A DNA stretch of 64,000 bases from Dehalococcoidia bacterium (GCA_963666115.2 CAXXET010000002.1:1-64000), one strand, 5' to 3'. Counted from the first letter of the stretch, positions 1 to 10,317 are shown. Translations and numbers: made by a program. The notes: generated by a model not told the origin, from the letters alone.

Positions 1-58
1 TGACACCGCCGCCTAGACGGCCGGCGCCTGAAGACAAAACCTGTTGGAGGTACACAAG

Positions 59-1102
59 ATGTTTGACCGCGTTCACCACGCCGGTATCGCAGTCGGTGAT
101 CTACAGGGAGCGACAGACCTCTTCGCGGACGCCCTCGGGCTGCGCGTGGACGGGATTCGCTCGCCGCGCCCGGGAGGCCGACAGCAGCGCGGCGCAGACC
201 CCACGGACATTATCGATATTCCCATCGGCCATTCCGAGCTTGAGCTGAACGCGGCGGCGGCCGAAGGCACCGGCGTCCATCGCTTCGTCGAATCGCGCGG
301 CGGCCTTGGCGCGCTCCACCACGTTTGCCTCCACACCACCAACATGGCCGATGACGTCGGCCACCTCCGCGCCTCCGGCCTCCAGCAGGTCGCCGCGCCC
401 CCGGACGTTCTCGCCCAGAACGAGGCATGGCATGACGTCGCATTCTTCCATCCGCGCGACTGCATGGGCATCCTGCTCGAGATTTGGACGCCTGAGGTCC
501 ACCGCATTGACATGCGCTACCAGGGCGAGGGCGTGTTCACGCGCCTGGCGCACATCGGCGTCGTGGCGTCCGACATCGAGAAGTCGCGCCATTTCTGGAC
601 CAACGTCATTGGCTTCCGCGTGGACATGCTCAAGTCCAACGTCCTCAAGGGCGGGCGCCACGTCGAGTCCGACAACGTGACGGTGCTGGACCTGCCGATG
701 GGCGACTCCGGCATTACGTGCGTTCATCCCAACGACAGCGACAGCGGGACTGCGCGCTTCCTTGAGAAGTACGGCGCGAGGGCAGGGGGCACGATGCACC
801 ACATCTCCCTGGCCACGCCGGACGTGAAGGCCGCTGCGGACATGGTGCAGGATCGCGGCCTGAAGCTCATCGGCCCGGCCACGAACGACAACGCATGGAT
901 CCATCCCAAGAGCGCCGCGGGCGTCCTCATCGAGATCGTCAAGGACGACATGGCGCCCCCGCCGCGCAGCCGCGCCGAGCGTGAGCGCGCGATTGTGCAG
1001 GGCAAGACGGTAGGCCGCACGAACAAGGAGCTTGCGAGCGAATACGGCGTGAGCGAGGCCGAGGTCGAGGCGATCCTGAGCGCGCACGACAACCAGGGCT
1101 AG
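59..1102 (+). CDS. Tandem two-domain VOC/glyoxalase (methylmalonyl-CoA epimerase-like) protein with C-terminal HTH-like extension
   Basis: GGAGG at 46-50, ATG at 59. Two VOC modules (HHAGIAV..ELEL..LHHVC..HPRDCMGILLE; HIGVV..MHHIS..IHPKSAAGVLIE). Tail RERAIVQGKTVGRTNKELASEYGVSEAEVEAIL is HTH-like. Confidence 0.85.
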   Translation: MFDRVHHAGIAVGDLQGATDLFADALGLRVDGIRSPRPGGRQQRGADPTDIIDIPIGHSELELNAAAAEGTGVHRFVESRGGLGALHHVCLHTTNMADDVGHLRASGLQQVAAPPDVLAQNEAWHDVAFFHPRDCMGILLEIWTPEVHRIDMRYQGEGVFTRLAHIGVVASDIEKSRHFWTNVIGFRVDMLKSNVLKGGRHVESDNVTVLDLPMGDSGITCVHPNDSDSGTARFLEKYGARAGGTMHHISLATPDVKAAADMVQDRGLKLIGPATNDNAWIHPKSAAGVLIEIVKDDMAPPPRSRAERERAIVQGKTVGRTNKELASEYGVSEAEVEAILSAHDNQG

Positions 1103-1139
1103 CGACACAAGCCAACAAGCAGAAAGAGGAACAACGACA

Positions 1140-2051
1140 TTGTTTGATCGAATTCACCATGCAGGAATCGCCATCGCCGACCTCGTGACGGCCAAGAATG
1201 TCTTTGCCGACGGCCTTGGCCTGCGTGTCGATGAGACGCGCTCGCCGCTGCCGGAGGGCAGCAAACAGCGCGGCCCCGATCCAACGGACATCCTGGACAT
1301 CCCTGTCGGCAACGCCGAGCTTGAGATGAACGCGCCGCCCGCGGACGGCACAACGCCCGGCGGCACGCACCGCTTCATCGAGCAGCGGGGCGGCGTCGGC
1401 GCGCTCCACCACGTCTGCCTCCACTCCACCAACGTGCCGGACGACGTCGCCCACCTCCGCGCCTCAGGCATCCAGCAGATCGCCATATCCCCGGAGGAGC
1501 TTGCCGCAAACGAGCCGTTTGACAGCGTTGCGTTCTTCCACCCGCGCGACTGCATGGGCATCCTACTCGAGATCTGGTTCACGGACGACCATCACGTCGG
1601 CAAGCGGTACCAGGGCAAGGGCGTCTTCACCCGCATGAACCACATCGGCGTCGTTGCCGCCGACATGGAGAAGGCCCGCCATTTCTGGTGCAACGTCATC
1701 GGGATGCGCGCCGACGTGCTCAAGACCAACGTCCTCAAGGGCGGGCGTAAGATCGAGTCGGACAACGTCCACGTCCTCAGCATCCCCGTCGGCGACAACG
1801 GCGGAGGGATCCTTGCGGTCTCGCCGGACGACGGCACGAGCGGCACGGCGCGCTTCCTGGAGAAGTACGGTGGCCGCGCCGGCGGCACCATGCACCACAT
1901 CGCTTTTGCCACCAGGGACGTCAAGGCAGCCGCCGATTACGTGCAGGGCAACGGACTGAAGCTCATCGGCAAGCTGAATGACGAGTTCGCGTGGATTCAC
2001 CCCAAGAGCGCGGGGGGAGTGCTGATCCAGATTGTGAAGGACGAGGCGTAG
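1140..2051 (+). CDS. Tandem two-domain VOC/glyoxalase protein, paralog of upstream gene
   Basis: AGAGGA RBS, TTG start; long near-identical peptide and DNA blocks with 59-950; lacks the HTH tail. Confidence 0.85.
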   Translation: MFDRIHHAGIAIADLVTAKNVFADGLGLRVDETRSPLPEGSKQRGPDPTDILDIPVGNAELEMNAPPADGTTPGGTHRFIEQRGGVGALHHVCLHSTNVPDDVAHLRASGIQQIAISPEELAANEPFDSVAFFHPRDCMGILLEIWFTDDHHVGKRYQGKGVFTRMNHIGVVAADMEKARHFWCNVIGMRADVLKTNVLKGGRKIESDNVHVLSIPVGDNGGGILAVSPDDGTSGTARFLEKYGGRAGGTMHHIAFATRDVKAAADYVQGNGLKLIGKLNDEFAWIHPKSAGGVLIQIVKDEA

Positions 2052-2063
2052 CGGGCGTGCCGG

Positions 2064-2951
2064 ATGGCAAGGGTCGGCATCCTCTATCAAACCCGCACGC
2101 CGGAGCCGGAAACGGTCGCGCAGGCGCTGGCCGACCGCGTCCGCGAGTTGGGGCGCGATGTTTGGCTGCAATCATCCTGGGATGACGGCATCGACGACAT
2201 CGTCAACGGCGATACCGGGCTGATCATCAGCGTAGGCGGCGACGGCACGCTCCTTCGTGTCGCCCGCGTCGTCGCGCCGTCCGGCATCCCCATCCTTGGC
2301 GTCAATGCCGGGCGTTTGGGTTTCCTCACGGAGGTTGACGCCTCCGACGCGCCGGAGTTGCTGCCGCGCGCGCTCAACGGCGAGGGACGCATCGAGGAGC
2401 GGACGATGCTCGCTGTCGACCATGGCGGTGCAACATCATACGCGCTCAATGACGCCATCATCAGCCGCGGCGGCCCCGCCCGCACGGTGCAGGCTAATGT
2501 CTCTGTGAGCGGGGTCGAACTGCTCGCCTTTCGCGGCGATGGCATCCTTGTCGCCACCGCGACCGGCAGCACCGCCTACAACCTCGCCGCCGGCGGCCCC
2601 GTCCTCCCGCCCATCGCCACGGAGTTGATCATCAATCCGGTCTCCGCGCACCCCGCCTCGGAATCCCCCGTCCTCGTGGAGCCGGACGCGGAGATCGCCA
2701 TCCGCATCCGCACGGATCACGGCGCAATCCTCAGCCTGGACGGGCAGGACGATTTTCCGGTCGACGACGGCGCTCAAATCATCGCCAGGCAAAGCCCCCA
2801 CCGCGCCCGTTTCCTCCGATTCCGCGACCCCGGCTACTTCTACCGGAATCTCAGCGATTTGCTCAATCGCCGCCGCCGGCATCCGGACCTGCCGGACCCT
2901 GACGGCGCGCATGACGGCATTGCCACATCGCGGGGAGTCGCCGCGCCATGA
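2064..2951 (+). CDS. nadK: NAD kinase
   Basis: GGDGT motif, GVNAGRLGFLT, ND motif, DGILVATATGSTAYNLAAGGP. Confidence 0.95.
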   Translation: MARVGILYQTRTPEPETVAQALADRVRELGRDVWLQSSWDDGIDDIVNGDTGLIISVGGDGTLLRVARVVAPSGIPILGVNAGRLGFLTEVDASDAPELLPRALNGEGRIEERTMLAVDHGGATSYALNDAIISRGGPARTVQANVSVSGVELLAFRGDGILVATATGSTAYNLAAGGPVLPPIATELIINPVSAHPASESPVLVEPDAEIAIRIRTDHGAILSLDGQDDFPVDDGAQIIARQSPHRARFLRFRDPGYFYRNLSDLLNRRRRHPDLPDPDGAHDGIATSRGVAAP

Positions 2952-3526
2952 CCACACGTCTTGCCGAGGAGCTTGCCGTCAGGGAGGCCGCGCTCGCCCA
3001 GCGCGGTTTCCGCGTCCGCGCGGCGCGTCTCAGCGATGTCCCCCGGATGGCCGAGATGATCAACAACTTCGCCGGCCAGGGCGAGATGCTGCCGCGCAGC
3101 GCGTCCGAACTCTATGAGAATATCCGCGACTTCCTCATCATTGCCGACGAGAACGATGAGGTCGCCGCCACCGCCGCGCTCCACATCCTCTGGGACGATC
3201 TCGCCGAGATAAAGTCCGTCGCCGTCAGCGAGGCGCTGCATGGGCAGGGCATCGGCGCGTACCTGGTGGAGAAGTGCGTCGAGGAGGCGGCGCGGATGGA
3301 ACTGCCGACCGTCTTCGTCCTCACGCACAAGCCCGGCTTCTACGAGAAGCTGCAATTCGAGCGCGCCGACGTTCTCGCGTTTCCGCGCAAGGTGTGGTCG
3401 GAGTGCATCCGCTGCCCCAAGTTCTCCAACTGCAACGAAATCGCCATGAGCCGCCCCGTCGCCCGCGCCTTCACCGGCGAAATGCCCGAAGACGATGACC
3501 TCCTTGATCCAATCCCCCGCACGTAA
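2948..3526 (+). CDS. argA: GNAT N-acetyltransferase, short ArgA-like (amino-acid N-acetyltransferase)
   Basis: MLPRS.SELYENIRDF, ALHILWDDLAEIKSVAV, HGQGIG acetyl-CoA motif, PRKVWSECIRCPKF..CNE tail; ATGA overlap with nadK. Confidence 0.75.
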   Translation: MTTRLAEELAVREAALAQRGFRVRAARLSDVPRMAEMINNFAGQGEMLPRSASELYENIRDFLIIADENDEVAATAALHILWDDLAEIKSVAVSEALHGQGIGAYLVEKCVEEAARMELPTVFVLTHKPGFYEKLQFERADVLAFPRKVWSECIRCPKFSNCNEIAMSRPVARAFTGEMPEDDDLLDPIPRT

Positions 3527-3538
3527 GGGAAGGACGCC

Positions 3539-4072
3539 ATGGAACGCAAATCACGCCGCAACGTCTACGAGGGCCGCTACCTGACCATCTACGAAGATGA
3601 GATGATCGCCCCCGGCGGCAGCGCTCATCTCTGGACAACGGTTCATCACCCCGGTGCCATCGTCGTGGTTCCGGTCAGCAGGAACGGCGATATCCTGCTT
3701 GTTCGCCAGCCGCGTCCCTGCGCGGAAGACACCCTGCTGGAACTCCCTGCCGGCACGCGCGAAGAGAACGAGGAGCCGGTTGTGACCGCCCGCCGCGAAC
3801 TCCAGGAGGAAATCGCCCACGACCCCGGAACCATGACGCCCCTCGGCGGTTTCTACAGCGCGCCCGGCTTCTGCGATGAGTACCTGCACCTCTTCCTCGC
3901 CACCGACCTAACCCCCGTCGAGGGTGTAGCAGCGGACGAAGACGAAGAAATCACTGTCGTGCCGACTCCCGCTGACGCCATCCCGAACCTCATCCGCAGC
4001 GGCGAAATCCGCGACGCCAAATCCATCGCCGGCCTCCTCCGCTACCTCTACCTTGAAGGCGGCCTCAGCTAA
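3539..4072 (+). CDS. NUDIX hydrolase, ADP-ribose pyrophosphatase-like
   Basis: ELPAG...ARRELQEE Nudix box, FYSAPGFCDE, GEIRDAKSI. Confidence 0.88.
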   Translation: MERKSRRNVYEGRYLTIYEDEMIAPGGSAHLWTTVHHPGAIVVVPVSRNGDILLVRQPRPCAEDTLLELPAGTREENEEPVVTARRELQEEIAHDPGTMTPLGGFYSAPGFCDEYLHLFLATDLTPVEGVAADEDEEITVVPTPADAIPNLIRSGEIRDAKSIAGLLRYLYLEGGLS

Positions 4073-4124
4073 TCCCCCCCCCCGTATCATGTATCCTGTA
4101 TATCGCAAGGGAGCATGACCCCAC

Positions 4125-4514
4125 ATGACAAGCGCCACACAAAATCCTATCGCTGACTACGTTCAGCAGGCGCGCGGTTTCCTGCAAAAGGCGTATGACT
4201 ACCTTGAGCAGGGCGATTTGCATCAGGCCTCTGAGAAGGGATGGGGCGCCGCCTCTCACATGGCCAAGGCCGTTGGCCTCGCCCGGAACTGGCCCTATGA
4301 CAACCACAGCGAATACCGCCGGCTGATGCGGCAGGCAACGGAGGCGACGGGCAACGACACGCTCCGATTTCTCCACGGGCGGGCAGAGCAGTTGCACATG
4401 AACTACTACGAGCGCGCCCAATTCCTGGACGCCGGCACAATCCGTCAAGACATAGACGGAATGCGTGAACTCCTTGCCATCATGGAACCCCTCCTGGGGG
4501 ACGCCCTAAAGTAA
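4125..4514 (+). CDS. PaREP1/HEPN-like family protein
   Basis: GDLHQASEKGWGAA and LHMNYYE motifs typical of PaREP1-like proteins. Confidence 0.7.
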   Translation: MTSATQNPIADYVQQARGFLQKAYDYLEQGDLHQASEKGWGAASHMAKAVGLARNWPYDNHSEYRRLMRQATEATGNDTLRFLHGRAEQLHMNYYERAQFLDAGTIRQDIDGMRELLAIMEPLLGDALK

Positions 4515-4626
4515 ACTCGCCCTCTTCATCCCACACTTCCCCCACTCATACCCGCTCCAACTGCGAATCCCCCATCCCCGTTGCGCTACTATCTAAGTCA
4601 ATGACCGCCACGATTGGAGGCTCGCT

Positions 4627-5004
4627 ATGCTCTTTATACTCCTGTGCCGGGTGACTGAAGCGGGGCAGCAGGCGATGCTGCGCGACCCCGAGACGTTCGC
4701 GCACGTCGCCGAAGAAATCCACGTAGACGGCGCGCAGATACTCGCCCGCTACGCCGTTCTAGGACGCTACGACTACGTCGCGATGGTCGAAGCGGGGACG
4801 CACGAGGACGTCGCGCGCCTCTCCCTCGAACTGGGCGCGCGTGCGCGAGTACACATCGAAACCCTCTCAACAGTCTCCGTCCGGCAGCTAGTCGACCCCG
4901 GCGACGAAGAACTCAGAACGCTGGCAGGAGTTGAACTCCGCATCCCCGGCGCCCCGAGTGACAACCCGCCCCCAGACTACCCCGGGCCCGTAACAAGAAC
5001 CTAG
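4627..5004 (+). CDS. GYD domain protein
   Basis: GGAGG RBS; YAVLGRYDYVAMVEA...SLELGAR...IETL pattern. Confidence 0.8.
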   Translation: MLFILLCRVTEAGQQAMLRDPETFAHVAEEIHVDGAQILARYAVLGRYDYVAMVEAGTHEDVARLSLELGARARVHIETLSTVSVRQLVDPGDEELRTLAGVELRIPGAPSDNPPPDYPGPVTRT

Positions 5005-5012
5005 CCGCCGCC

Positions 5013-8000
5013 TTGTCAGAGGATGATCAGTTGTCACGCGGGATTTCCGTTGACCTTGAGGTTGGCGTCAAAGACAAGCGTATCCGCGCATTGGCAGGTG
5101 TGCGGCTCGATACGGACCAGTCGCTGAATCTGCTTGTCACGCGCGGCTCGTTGGCGGACGATCTCGCCCGGCTGGACGAGTTCGCCGATGGGGCGGACTT
5201 TCTGCTTGGCCACAACCTCATACGCTTCGACATGGAGCATCTGCGGGCCGCAAAACCTGACCTGCGGCTGTTGAACTTGCCTGTCGTAGACACGCTGATG
5301 CTGAACCCCCTCGCTTTTCCGCGCAACCCGTACCACCATCTCGTCAAGCACTACCAGGACGGATCGCTCAAGCGCGGGCGCGTCAATGATCCCGAACTCG
5401 ACGCGCGGCTGGCCATGGATGTCTTCCATAGGCAGTTGGACGAGTTTGAGAAGACTCCGCCGGGACTCCTGGCAGCGTGGCATTGGCTGACCACGACAGG
5501 ACAGCATGGCACGGGATTCGACAAGGTTTTCTCACATGTTCGGCAGATGCCCCGGCCAACCGCCGAAGAGGCCCGCGCTGCCATCGTAGGACGGTTTGGT
5601 CCGGTCAACGATGACATCCACAGCGCTATTGAGGGGCAGTTCGAACCCGTTGCTTGCATAACGCACGCGCAGGAAGCGCTCGCGGACGCCAAGCTCCATG
5701 GCTGGGCATTGGCCTATGCCCTTGCGTGGCTGCACGTTTCAGGTGGCAACTCAGTCATGCCGCCGTGGGTGCGCCACCAATTCCCGGAGGCGGGCGAGCT
5801 TGTCCGCAAGCTGCGCGACACGCGGTGCTCTGACTCTGCGTGCGCCTGGTGTGCCAAGAGGCATAACTCGCTTGCGGAACTCAAACGATGGTTCGGGTTT
5901 AGCGACTTTCGTGCCGAACCGGTCGACGAGCATTCCGGTCTCCCGATGCAGCAGGCCATTACGGAGGCGGCGATGGCGGGAGAGAACGTCCTTGGCATTC
6001 TCCCCACTGCTACGGGTAAATCGGTTTGCTACCAGGTTCCCGCCCTGTCGCGCTATGACAAGACTGGTGCCCTGACCGTCGTGATTTCACCGCTTGTTGC
6101 GTTGATGGCAGATCAGGTCGAAGGAATGAGAAAGCAGGGCATAGAATCCTGCGTTACTGTCAACGGCCTGCTTACGATGCCGGAAAGAGCCCATGCACTG
6201 GACAGGGTGCGCTTGGGTGATGCCGGCATCCTACTCATTTCTCCTGAGCAGCTTCGCAGCGTCTCTGTAGACCGCGCCCTGAAACAACGTGAGATAGGGA
6301 TGTGGGTGCTGGATGAGGCGCACTGCCTCTCGCGATGGGGCCATGATTTTCGCCCCGACTACCGGTATGTTGGGCGCTACATCCGCAAGAGGGCAGGCGA
6401 CGATCCTGTCCCGCCCGTTCTCTGCCTGACGGCCACCGCCAAGCCGGATGTTGTCGTGGATATTGCAGCCTACTTCCAGAAGGAGGTCGGCGTTCAGCTA
6501 AGCGTGTTCAATGGCGGCGTCCAACGGAGTAATCTCGAATTCGTTGTCCTTCCAACAACAACGGCTGAGAAGTATGAACACATCTATCAGATTTTGGAAT
6601 CCGATCTACCGGCCAATGAGCCGGGCGGCGCGATTGTCTATTGCGCGACACGCCCTCACACGGAAGCGGTCGCCCGCTTTCTCCAGGACAAAAGCGTAAA
6701 GGCCGACTTCTTTCATGCCGGACTCCCGCCCGAAACAAAGAAGAATGTCCAGCAGAGCTTCATTAACGGAAAACTGCAAGTCATCGTCGCGACAAACGCG
6801 TTTGGCATGGGCATCGATAAGCCGGACGTTCGGCTGGTGATTCACGCCGACATCCCCGGCTCGCTTGAAAACTACCTTCAGGAGGCTGGCCGCGCCGGAC
6901 GTGATCAACAAACGGCTAGGTGCGTCCTGTTGTATACCAACGATGACGTTGAGCGACAGTTTGGTATGTCGGCGCGCTCTCGGCTCGACAGGAGAGAAAT
7001 CCATGGCGTGCTGAGGGCGCTGCGGAACATTGATCGCAAACGACGCCGCAATGGGGAAGTGGTTGCGACCGTCGGCGAAATCCTGCTGGAGGACGACGAG
7101 GATGCCTTTCAGCGTGACTCCGCTACGGATGACACTCGCGGGAGAACGGCAGTCGCCTGGCTGGAAGAGTCGGAGTTGCTGACGCGCGAGCATAATTTCG
7201 TACAGGTTTTCCCGTCTTCGCTGCGTGTGAATACCGTGGAAGCGGCCAAGAAGCGGCTCGAACAACCCAACATCACTGAAGTACGGCGTGGCCAACTCCT
7301 GAGAATCGCTGAGGCTCTCTTCGAGGCGGACCCGGACGAAGGTATTTCCACCGATGAACTTATGCACGTAGGCGGACTTTCGTCGGAGGGTGTGCAGACC
7401 GCGCTGCACGATCTTGAGCATTTGGGGATTGCAAGCAACGAAACAGAGTTGACCGCCTTCGTCCATGCCGGCGTCCAGCGCTCATCACGTGAGCGCTTTG
7501 CTCAAGCTGTGGCGCTCGAAGAGGCTGTTATCCAACTGATGCGAGAGTCGGCCGGGGACATGGAGATCGGCGAGTCCGACGACTTACATCTCCGGCAATT
7601 TACGCAGAACCTCAAGGACCAGGGCTATTCCGATGCTCTGCCCGAACTCGTGCGAGGGATCATCCGCAGCATTGCCGCTGATGGCCGTGGTGAGGGCAGC
7701 GGCAGTGGCAGTTTGGATGTACGAAGCCGGGATGCGGATACCTTGCGGATTACCTTGCAGCGGGAGTGGTCGCTGCTGGCAAGGACGGCGGAACTGCGCC
7801 GCGCCGCCTCTGCAAGGCTGCTGAGCCATTTCCTGGAAAGTCTGCCTAAAGGCGCACGCGGAACCGACCTCCTTGCCAAAACCAATCTCGGCAAACTCCT
7901 GCAGGCGATCACGTCTGACATGACGCTGATGAACGACGTGAGAAATCCAAACGCATTGTTGGACCGCGCGCTGCTCTGGCTGCATGAGCAGGAAGTCGTT

Positions 8001-10175
8001 CGCCTGAACAGGGGGCTGACGGTGTTCCGACCGGCTATGACAATCCGGTTGCAGGAGGAGCGTCGAGGTTTTGCCAACGCGGACTTTGAGCCGCTCAGGA
8101 TTCACTATGATCAGCAAACCCAGCAAGTTCACGTCATAGCTGAATACGTGCGACTCGGCATTAAGGGAATGAAGGGAATGGTCGATGCCTGGCGCCTGGC
8201 AATGGATTACTTCAGCCTGCGGCGCGAGGAGTTCATACACCGATGGCTGCCTGACCGTGAACGGGAACTGGCCCGTCAGACGACTCCCGCGTCATGGAAG
8301 AAAATCGTAGGAAAACTCGATCCTGCTCAGCGCCGCATCGTCGCCGATGACCGTGAAACGACCAACGCGCTTGTCCTCGCGGGCCCCGGCTCCGGCAAGA
8401 CGCGCGTCCTCGTGCATCGCATTGCGTATCTCATCCGTGTGCGGAGAGAAAATCCCCGCAGCATCCTCGCGCTCTGCTACAACCGGCACGCGGCCATTGA
8501 GATTCGCCGACGCCTTGAAGCCCTTATCGGCGATGACGCGCGGGGCGTGCTGGTGATGACCTGCCACGCCTTGGCGATGCGGCTGACGGGCGCGAGCTTT
8601 TCCGGACGCGCGAACGAACTGCGGCAGACGGATTTCGACGATGTGTTGCGACAGGCCGTCGACTTGCTGCGCGGCGAAGGGCTGCCGTCCGATGACGCGG
8701 ATGAATACCGTTCACGCCTGCTTGCCGGATTCCGCTGGATACTCGTCGACGAATACCAGGACATTGAGAAAGATCAGTACGACTTGATCTCCGCCCTGGC
8801 GGGCCGAACGCTTCAGGAGGAAGACGACAAGCTCAGTCTGTTCGCGGTTGGCGACGACGACCAGAATATCTACTCGTTCAGCGGCTCGTCCGTGGAGTTC
8901 ATCCGCCGCTTCGAAAAGGATTACGCGGCAAGAACCGGCTATCTGACCGACAACTATCGCTCAACCGCAAACATCATCAGCGCCGCCAACGCCGTCATCG
9001 AACCGGCGCGGGATCGAATGAAGACCGGGCATCCAATCAGGGCGGATCGGGCGCGGCGGCAAGAGACGCCCGGCGTAGAGTGGGCGCAATGGGACCCTGT
9101 CGGCAGGGGAAGAGTGCAGATTCTTCCCGCCGGTGATTCGCCCATCACGCAGGCGCAATCGGCCATCGCGGAATTCAAGCGGCTGTCGGCCCTTGCTCCT
9201 GACTGGGACTGGTCAAGTTGCGCGGTGATTGCGCGAGATTGGAGCGTCCTTGATCCGATCCGCGCCCTGTGCGAGTTGGAGAACATCCCCGTTCAGATGG
9301 CGAACGAGGATTTTACCGGCATCTGGCGGCTCCGGGAAACACAAGCGTTGGTGACATGGCTCAGGGAAGATGAGAGACGCATCGTCACTGCGGAAGAGAT
9401 TCGCGGCTTTGTAGAGGCGTTGCCTGCAACACCATGGACTGAACTGCTGGCTGAGGCCATAGACGAATACACGTTGGAAACAGGCGGCGCGGAGATGCCC
9501 GCCGCAAGCGCCATCGAATGGCTGGCGGAATGGAGCAGGGACGCGCGCCGCCGGCAGCGCGGCTTGCTGCTGACGACAGCGCATCGCGCCAAGGGACTGG
9601 AGTTCGATCACGTCGTCGTGCTGGACGGCGAATGGGATAGAATCGGCCCGAATGAGGACGGGGACGCGCCGCGACGGCTCTACTACGTGGCGATGACGCG
9701 GGCGCGCAAGACGCTGACTCTGTGCCGGCTCGCAAACGCGCGAAACCCCTTTCACCATGCCCTGCAGGACAATCCCGGGGTGTTGCGGCGTGACCCAATA
9801 GCCTTGCCTCCTGCGGTTCCTGAACTGAACCGGCGCTACGTTCGGCTGAGCCTGCGAGACGTTTTTCTGGGTTTTGCGGGCTACAGGTCGCCCGATGACC
9901 CGGTGCATCAAGCCATTGCCGCGCTGTCTCCGGGCGATCTGCTAAACGTCCGCGTCGATGCGGATCGCTGGGAGCTGCTCGACAGCAATGGGATCGTCGT
10001 TGGCCGCCTCGCCGGGAGCTTCACCCCGCCCATGGAGATGCGCTGCGCCTATGCGACAGTTATGGCCGTCGCCAGGTGGGACAAGGACGCCTCAGAACCG
10101 GAATACCGGGACAACTTGCGCTGCGACAAGTGGGAAGCCGCCGTGCCCGAGTTGATCTTTGAGCCTGAACAGTGA
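5013..10175 (+). CDS. Fusion of DEDD-like exonuclease, RecQ (SF2) helicase, UvrD/REP (SF1) helicase and HIRAN-like C-terminus
   Basis: DLEV/GHNLIRFD/VDTL N-terminus; PTATGKS, DEAHCLSRWGHDFRPDY, ATNAFGMGIDKPDVR, QEAGRAGRD (RecQ); AGPGSGKT, LVDEYQD, VGDDDQNIY, NYRS, TAHRAKGLEFD, YVAMTRAR (UvrD). Confidence 0.9.
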   Translation: MSEDDQLSRGISVDLEVGVKDKRIRALAGVRLDTDQSLNLLVTRGSLADDLARLDEFADGADFLLGHNLIRFDMEHLRAAKPDLRLLNLPVVDTLMLNPLAFPRNPYHHLVKHYQDGSLKRGRVNDPELDARLAMDVFHRQLDEFEKTPPGLLAAWHWLTTTGQHGTGFDKVFSHVRQMPRPTAEEARAAIVGRFGPVNDDIHSAIEGQFEPVACITHAQEALADAKLHGWALAYALAWLHVSGGNSVMPPWVRHQFPEAGELVRKLRDTRCSDSACAWCAKRHNSLAELKRWFGFSDFRAEPVDEHSGLPMQQAITEAAMAGENVLGILPTATGKSVCYQVPALSRYDKTGALTVVISPLVALMADQVEGMRKQGIESCVTVNGLLTMPERAHALDRVRLGDAGILLISPEQLRSVSVDRALKQREIGMWVLDEAHCLSRWGHDFRPDYRYVGRYIRKRAGDDPVPPVLCLTATAKPDVVVDIAAYFQKEVGVQLSVFNGGVQRSNLEFVVLPTTTAEKYEHIYQILESDLPANEPGGAIVYCATRPHTEAVARFLQDKSVKADFFHAGLPPETKKNVQQSFINGKLQVIVATNAFGMGIDKPDVRLVIHADIPGSLENYLQEAGRAGRDQQTARCVLLYTNDDVERQFGMSARSRLDRREIHGVLRALRNIDRKRRRNGEVVATVGEILLEDDEDAFQRDSATDDTRGRTAVAWLEESELLTREHNFVQVFPSSLRVNTVEAAKKRLEQPNITEVRRGQLLRIAEALFEADPDEGISTDELMHVGGLSSEGVQTALHDLEHLGIASNETELTAFVHAGVQRSSRERFAQAVALEEAVIQLMRESAGDMEIGESDDLHLRQFTQNLKDQGYSDALPELVRGIIRSIAADGRGEGSGSGSLDVRSRDADTLRITLQREWSLLARTAELRRAASARLLSHFLESLPKGARGTDLLAKTNLGKLLQAITSDMTLMNDVRNPNALLDRALLWLHEQEVVRLNRGLTVFRPAMTIRLQEERRGFANADFEPLRIHYDQQTQQVHVIAEYVRLGIKGMKGMVDAWRLAMDYFSLRREEFIHRWLPDRERELARQTTPASWKKIVGKLDPAQRRIVADDRETTNALVLAGPGSGKTRVLVHRIAYLIRVRRENPRSILALCYNRHAAIEIRRRLEALIGDDARGVLVMTCHALAMRLTGASFSGRANELRQTDFDDVLRQAVDLLRGEGLPSDDADEYRSRLLAGFRWILVDEYQDIEKDQYDLISALAGRTLQEEDDKLSLFAVGDDDQNIYSFSGSSVEFIRRFEKDYAARTGYLTDNYRSTANIISAANAVIEPARDRMKTGHPIRADRARRQETPGVEWAQWDPVGRGRVQILPAGDSPITQAQSAIAEFKRLSALAPDWDWSSCAVIARDWSVLDPIRALCELENIPVQMANEDFTGIWRLRETQALVTWLREDERRIVTAEEIRGFVEALPATPWTELLAEAIDEYTLETGGAEMPAASAIEWLAEWSRDARRRQRGLLLTTAHRAKGLEFDHVVVLDGEWDRIGPNEDGDAPRRLYYVAMTRARKTLTLCRLANARNPFHHALQDNPGVLRRDPIALPPAVPELNRRYVRLSLRDVFLGFAGYRSPDDPVHQAIAALSPGDLLNVRVDADRWELLDSNGIVVGRLAGSFTPPMEMRCAYATVMAVARWDKDASEPEYRDNLRCDKWEAAVPELIFEPEQ

Positions 10176-10233
10176 ATCTGTGACAGCGCGTCGCATCCTG
10201 ACTTATACTCCAAACACCAACCACACCCTTCGC

Positions 10234-10257
10234 GGGAGGCCATCCGGCCTCCCTTTT
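10234..10257 (+). terminator. Intrinsic terminator-like hairpin
   Basis: GGGAGGCC-atcc-GGCCTCCC followed by TTTT. Confidence 0.7.
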
Positions 10258-10317
10258 GATACACACACTGATGCACGCGCAAAACACACCCGTAAACGGG
10301 TAGGGGAGAAACACAGA

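Noticed and set aside
4073-10200. Integrative element carrying the helicase fusion
   Set aside because: No integrase, transposase, tRNA or flanking direct repeats found.
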